From: Bacteroidetes bacterium UBA7692 | GTDB lineage: Bacteria; Bacteroidota; Bacteroidia; Chitinophagales; LD1 | DNA length: 64,000 nucleotides | NCBI GenBank assembly: GCA_002482725.1 | Contig: DLGO01000038.1 | Span: 16,310-80,309 of the forward strand | Reading direction: 5' to 3' | In this document: piece by piece, positions 61,610 to 64,000 of the stretch | Layout of the letters: the number at the start of each line of letters is the position of its first letter | How positions within the stretch are numbered: position 1 is the stretch's first letter | Made by a program: the position numbers and the translations under genes | Notes under the pieces: generated by a model | What the model was told of the DNA's origin: nothing | The model's database searches: none | The model's input: the letters and a program-made list of their open reading frames with translations, nothing else

Positions 61610-64000
61610 CTACAATTTTCTTTGTACTTCTATCTCTTCGAATACCTCTATGGTATCGCCTGTTTTAATATCCTGGTAGTCTTTGATCTGCACACCACAC
61701 TCAAATCCGCTTACTACTTCTTTAGCGTCGTCTTTAAAGCGTTTAAGCGCAGATAGCGTACCCTGATGCATTACTATGCCATCGCGGATAATACGGATCT
61801 TCGAGTTGCGCAATACGCGTCCGTCGCGTACCATACAACCTGCAATCGTTCCCACTTTGGTAATGTTGAACACCTCGCGCACTTCCAGGTTTCCAATAAT
61901 TTTTTCTTCTACTTTCGGCTCCAACAAACCTTCCATCGCGCTCTTCACTTCTTCTATCGCATTGTAGATGATAGAGTAAAGTTTGATCTCGATGTTTTCG
62001 TTGTCCGCGATTTTCTTCGCATTCACCGAAGGTCTTACGTTGAAACCTATAATGATCGCATCGGAAGCTACTGCAAGGTTTACATCGCTTTCAGATATCG
62101 CACCTACTGCTTTGTGTATTACACGTACGTGTATCTCTTCAGTGCTCAATTTCAATAGTGAATCTGCCAACGCTTCTACCGAACCGTCCACGTCACCTTT
62201 TATTATCAGGCTCAATTCTTTGAATGTACCAAGTGCCAAACGACGACCGATCTCATCCAATGTAATGTGTTTCTTGGTCCTTATACCTTGCTCACGCTCC
62301 AGCTGTGCACGTTTTGCGGCCACTGCTTTTGCTTCCTGCTCATCGTCAAATACTTTGAACTTTTCACCCGCCTGTGGCGCGCCGTTCAATCCAAGTACCT
62401 GTACCGGTGTAGATGGCCCTGCAGTTTTTACGCGTTTACCTGTGTGGTCAAACATCGCTTTTACTTTACCAAAGTATGGTCCGCATACTACCAGTGCCCC
62501 TACTTCCAGTTTGCCCGATTGTACAAGCAATGTAGCTAGGTATCCACGTCCTTTATCCAAAGAGGCTTCTATCACAGAACCTATCGCCAGCTTGTTAGGG
62601 TTGGCTTTCAGTTCCAATAGTTCAGACTCCAATAATATTTTATCCAAAAGGGCTTCTATGTTCAATCCTTTTTTGGCAGATATTTCCTGAGACTGGAATT
62701 TACCACCCCATTCTTCTACCAATAAGTTCATGCTGGCTAGCTGCTCACGTATACGGTCAGAGTTGGCACCGTCTTTATCTATTTTGTTGATAGCAAAGAT
62801 CATCGGTACACCTGCGCTTTGTGCGTGGTTTATCGCCTCTTTTGTTTGTGGCATCACCGCATCATCGGCCGCTACTACTATTACTGCTACGTCGGTTACT
62901 TTCGCACCACGTGCACGCATCGCAGTAAACGCTTCGTGACCCGGTGTATCCAGGAAGGTGATACGCTTGTTGTTATCCGTAACAACTTCGTAGGCACCTA
63001 TGTGCTGGGTTATACCCCCTGCCTCTTTATCTGCCACTTTTGTTTTACGGATATAGTCCAATAGGGATGTTTTACCGTGATCCACGTGACCCATGATGGT
63101 AACGATAGGCGCACGGTCCTGCAAATCTTCAGGGCGGTCAGCTACTTCATCTTCAAACGAAGCATTGTCCTGCACAGATATAAACTCTATCTGGAAACCA
63201 TGCTCACCGGCTACCAGTTCTATTATCTCTGCATCCAGCCTTTGGTTAATGGAAACGATAACGCCCAGGTTCATACAGGTAGAAATTACCTTCACCGGCG
63301 ATACGTTCATTAAGCTCGCAAGCTCACTTACCGATATAAACTCTGTAACCTGGATTTTAGTATTGTCTACTGCATCCTGTTGTGCTGCCAGTTTTTCTTG
63401 GTTAGCCTCACGTTTGCCCCTGCGCATCTTAGAGCGGTCGCTCTTAGATGTTTGCGACTGGATCTTAGCCATAGTAGCTTTGATCTTGTCTTCTATCTCT
63501 TTCTCTGTTATTTCTTTTGGCTGCTGTTGAGTATTTGGCAAAGGAGTAGTTCTCCTTGTAGCTTCTTTCTCGCGGAAGCTGCGTACTTTTTTCTCGTGCT
63601 CAGTATCAAACTGGGCCGGGGTACGTGCCGGCATCGCAATACGCTTGCGGGGGCGCTTAGGATCTCCGGGTTTGCCGGCTCCTGCCTGGCCTTGCCCTGC
63701 ACCCGTTTTGGCCGCTTCACGCTTCCGTGGGTCTTCCAACACTATTTTACCCATTATCTTAGGTCCTGTAAGCTCCGTACGCTTCATCCTTATGTGGTTG
63801 GCGTCTTCGGCTACTACAGGTGGCGTTGTTACCGCAGGTTGTTCTTCTACAGGGGCTTTTACTTCTGCTACAGGTTCCTGAACAGGAGTTGCCGGGGTTT
63901 CTACAGGAGCTTCTTTTTTAGCAGGCTCTTCTATAGGCTTAGCAGGCTCTTCAGCTTTCACAGGCGCCGCTACCGGCTCTTCTTTTTTCTTTTTCTTAGG
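61610..64000 (-). CDS. infB: translation initiation factor IF-2 (5' end beyond right edge)
   Basis: Has the G-domain [24 protein letters not shown] and C-terminal IF-2 domains. The frame stays open to the window edge through a Lys/Pro/Glu/Ala-rich N-terminal region, so the M at 63961 is probably not the start. Confidence 0.93.
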   Translation of the reverse strand, partial: PKKKKKEEPVAAPVKAEEPAKPIEEPAKKEAPVETPATPVQEPVAEVKAPVEEQPAVTTPPVVAEDANHIRMKRTELTGPKIMGKIVLEDPRKREAAKTGAGQGQAGAGKPGDPKRPRKRIAMPARTPAQFDTEHEKKVRSFREKEATRRTTPLPNTQQQPKEITEKEIEDKIKATMAKIQSQTSKSDRSKMRRGKREANQEKLAAQQDAVDNTKIQVTEFISVSELASLMNVSPVKVISTCMNLGVIVSINQRLDAEIIELVAGEHGFQIEFISVQDNASFEDEVADRPEDLQDRAPIVTIMGHVDHGKTSLLDYIRKTKVADKEAGGITQHIGAYEVVTDNNKRITFLDTPGHEAFTAMRARGAKVTDVAVIVVAADDAVMPQTKEAINHAQSAGVPMIFAINKIDKDGANSDRIREQLASMNLLVEEWGGKFQSQEISAKKGLNIEALLDKILLESELLELKANPNKLAIGSVIEASLDKGRGYLATLLVQSGKLEVGALVVCGPYFGKVKAMFDHTGKRVKTAGPSTPVQVLGLNGAPQAGEKFKVFDDEQEAKAVAAKRAQLEREQGIRTKKHITLDEIGRRLALGTFKELSLIIKGDVDGSVEALADSLLKLSTEEIHVRVIHKAVGAISESDVNLAVASDAIIIGFNVRPSVNAKKIADNENIEIKLYSIIYNAIEEVKSAMEGLLEPKVEEKIIGNLEVREVFNITKVGTIAGCMVRDGRVLRNSKIRIIRDGIVMHQGTLSALKRFKDDAKEVVSGFECGVQIKDYQDIKTGDTIEVFEEIEVQRKL

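Overview
The window looks like a chromosomal segment from a member of Bacteroidota. Supporting signs are T9SS C-terminal sorting domains, SprB-type repeats, a type III glutamine synthetase and TAnnTTTG-like promoter boxes. I count about 50 protein genes and one tRNA-Cys. I found no rRNA, no CRISPR, and no recognisable transposase, integrase or phage genes.

Core and regulatory content:
- an MBL hydrolase, a DUF2256 mini-protein, hppD and a histone H1-like protein
- rpoN (sigma-54), flanked on one side by an NtrC-type activator plus hybrid kinase, and on the other by a CHASE3 kinase plus two receiver proteins
- an AI-2E transporter, a TetR regulator with a transsulfuration PLP enzyme, and DUF2851/PspC
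- a TMTC-like GT-C/TPR membrane protein and PDH E1 beta
- a divergent GSIII/amt pair, mnmE, an ASCH + PhyH-like oxygenase pair, and infB (partial)

Accessory content: roughly 25 kb encodes seven very large T9SS cargo proteins in three paralog families.

Most unusual observations:
1. A whole transcription unit is triplicated head-to-tail at 16.5-27.2 kb. Each unit encodes a SprB-repeat protein that carries both a dockerin-like pair and a cohesin-like module. Each copy has the same 28-nt upstream box and a related terminator.
2. Two non-coding higher-order tandem arrays (33.9-34.4 kb and 45.5-46.0 kb) are built from TACCGACA/TGTCGGTA boxes. They lie on opposite strands, but each sits just upstream of a gene with the same polarity relative to it.
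3. Two M43 metalloprotease paralogs share an unrecognised six-fold DFG-type repeat module but end in different T9SS sorting-domain types. An orphan Cys-rich lipoprotein gene follows the type-B copy.

All homology calls come from motif recognition by eye. No database search was run.
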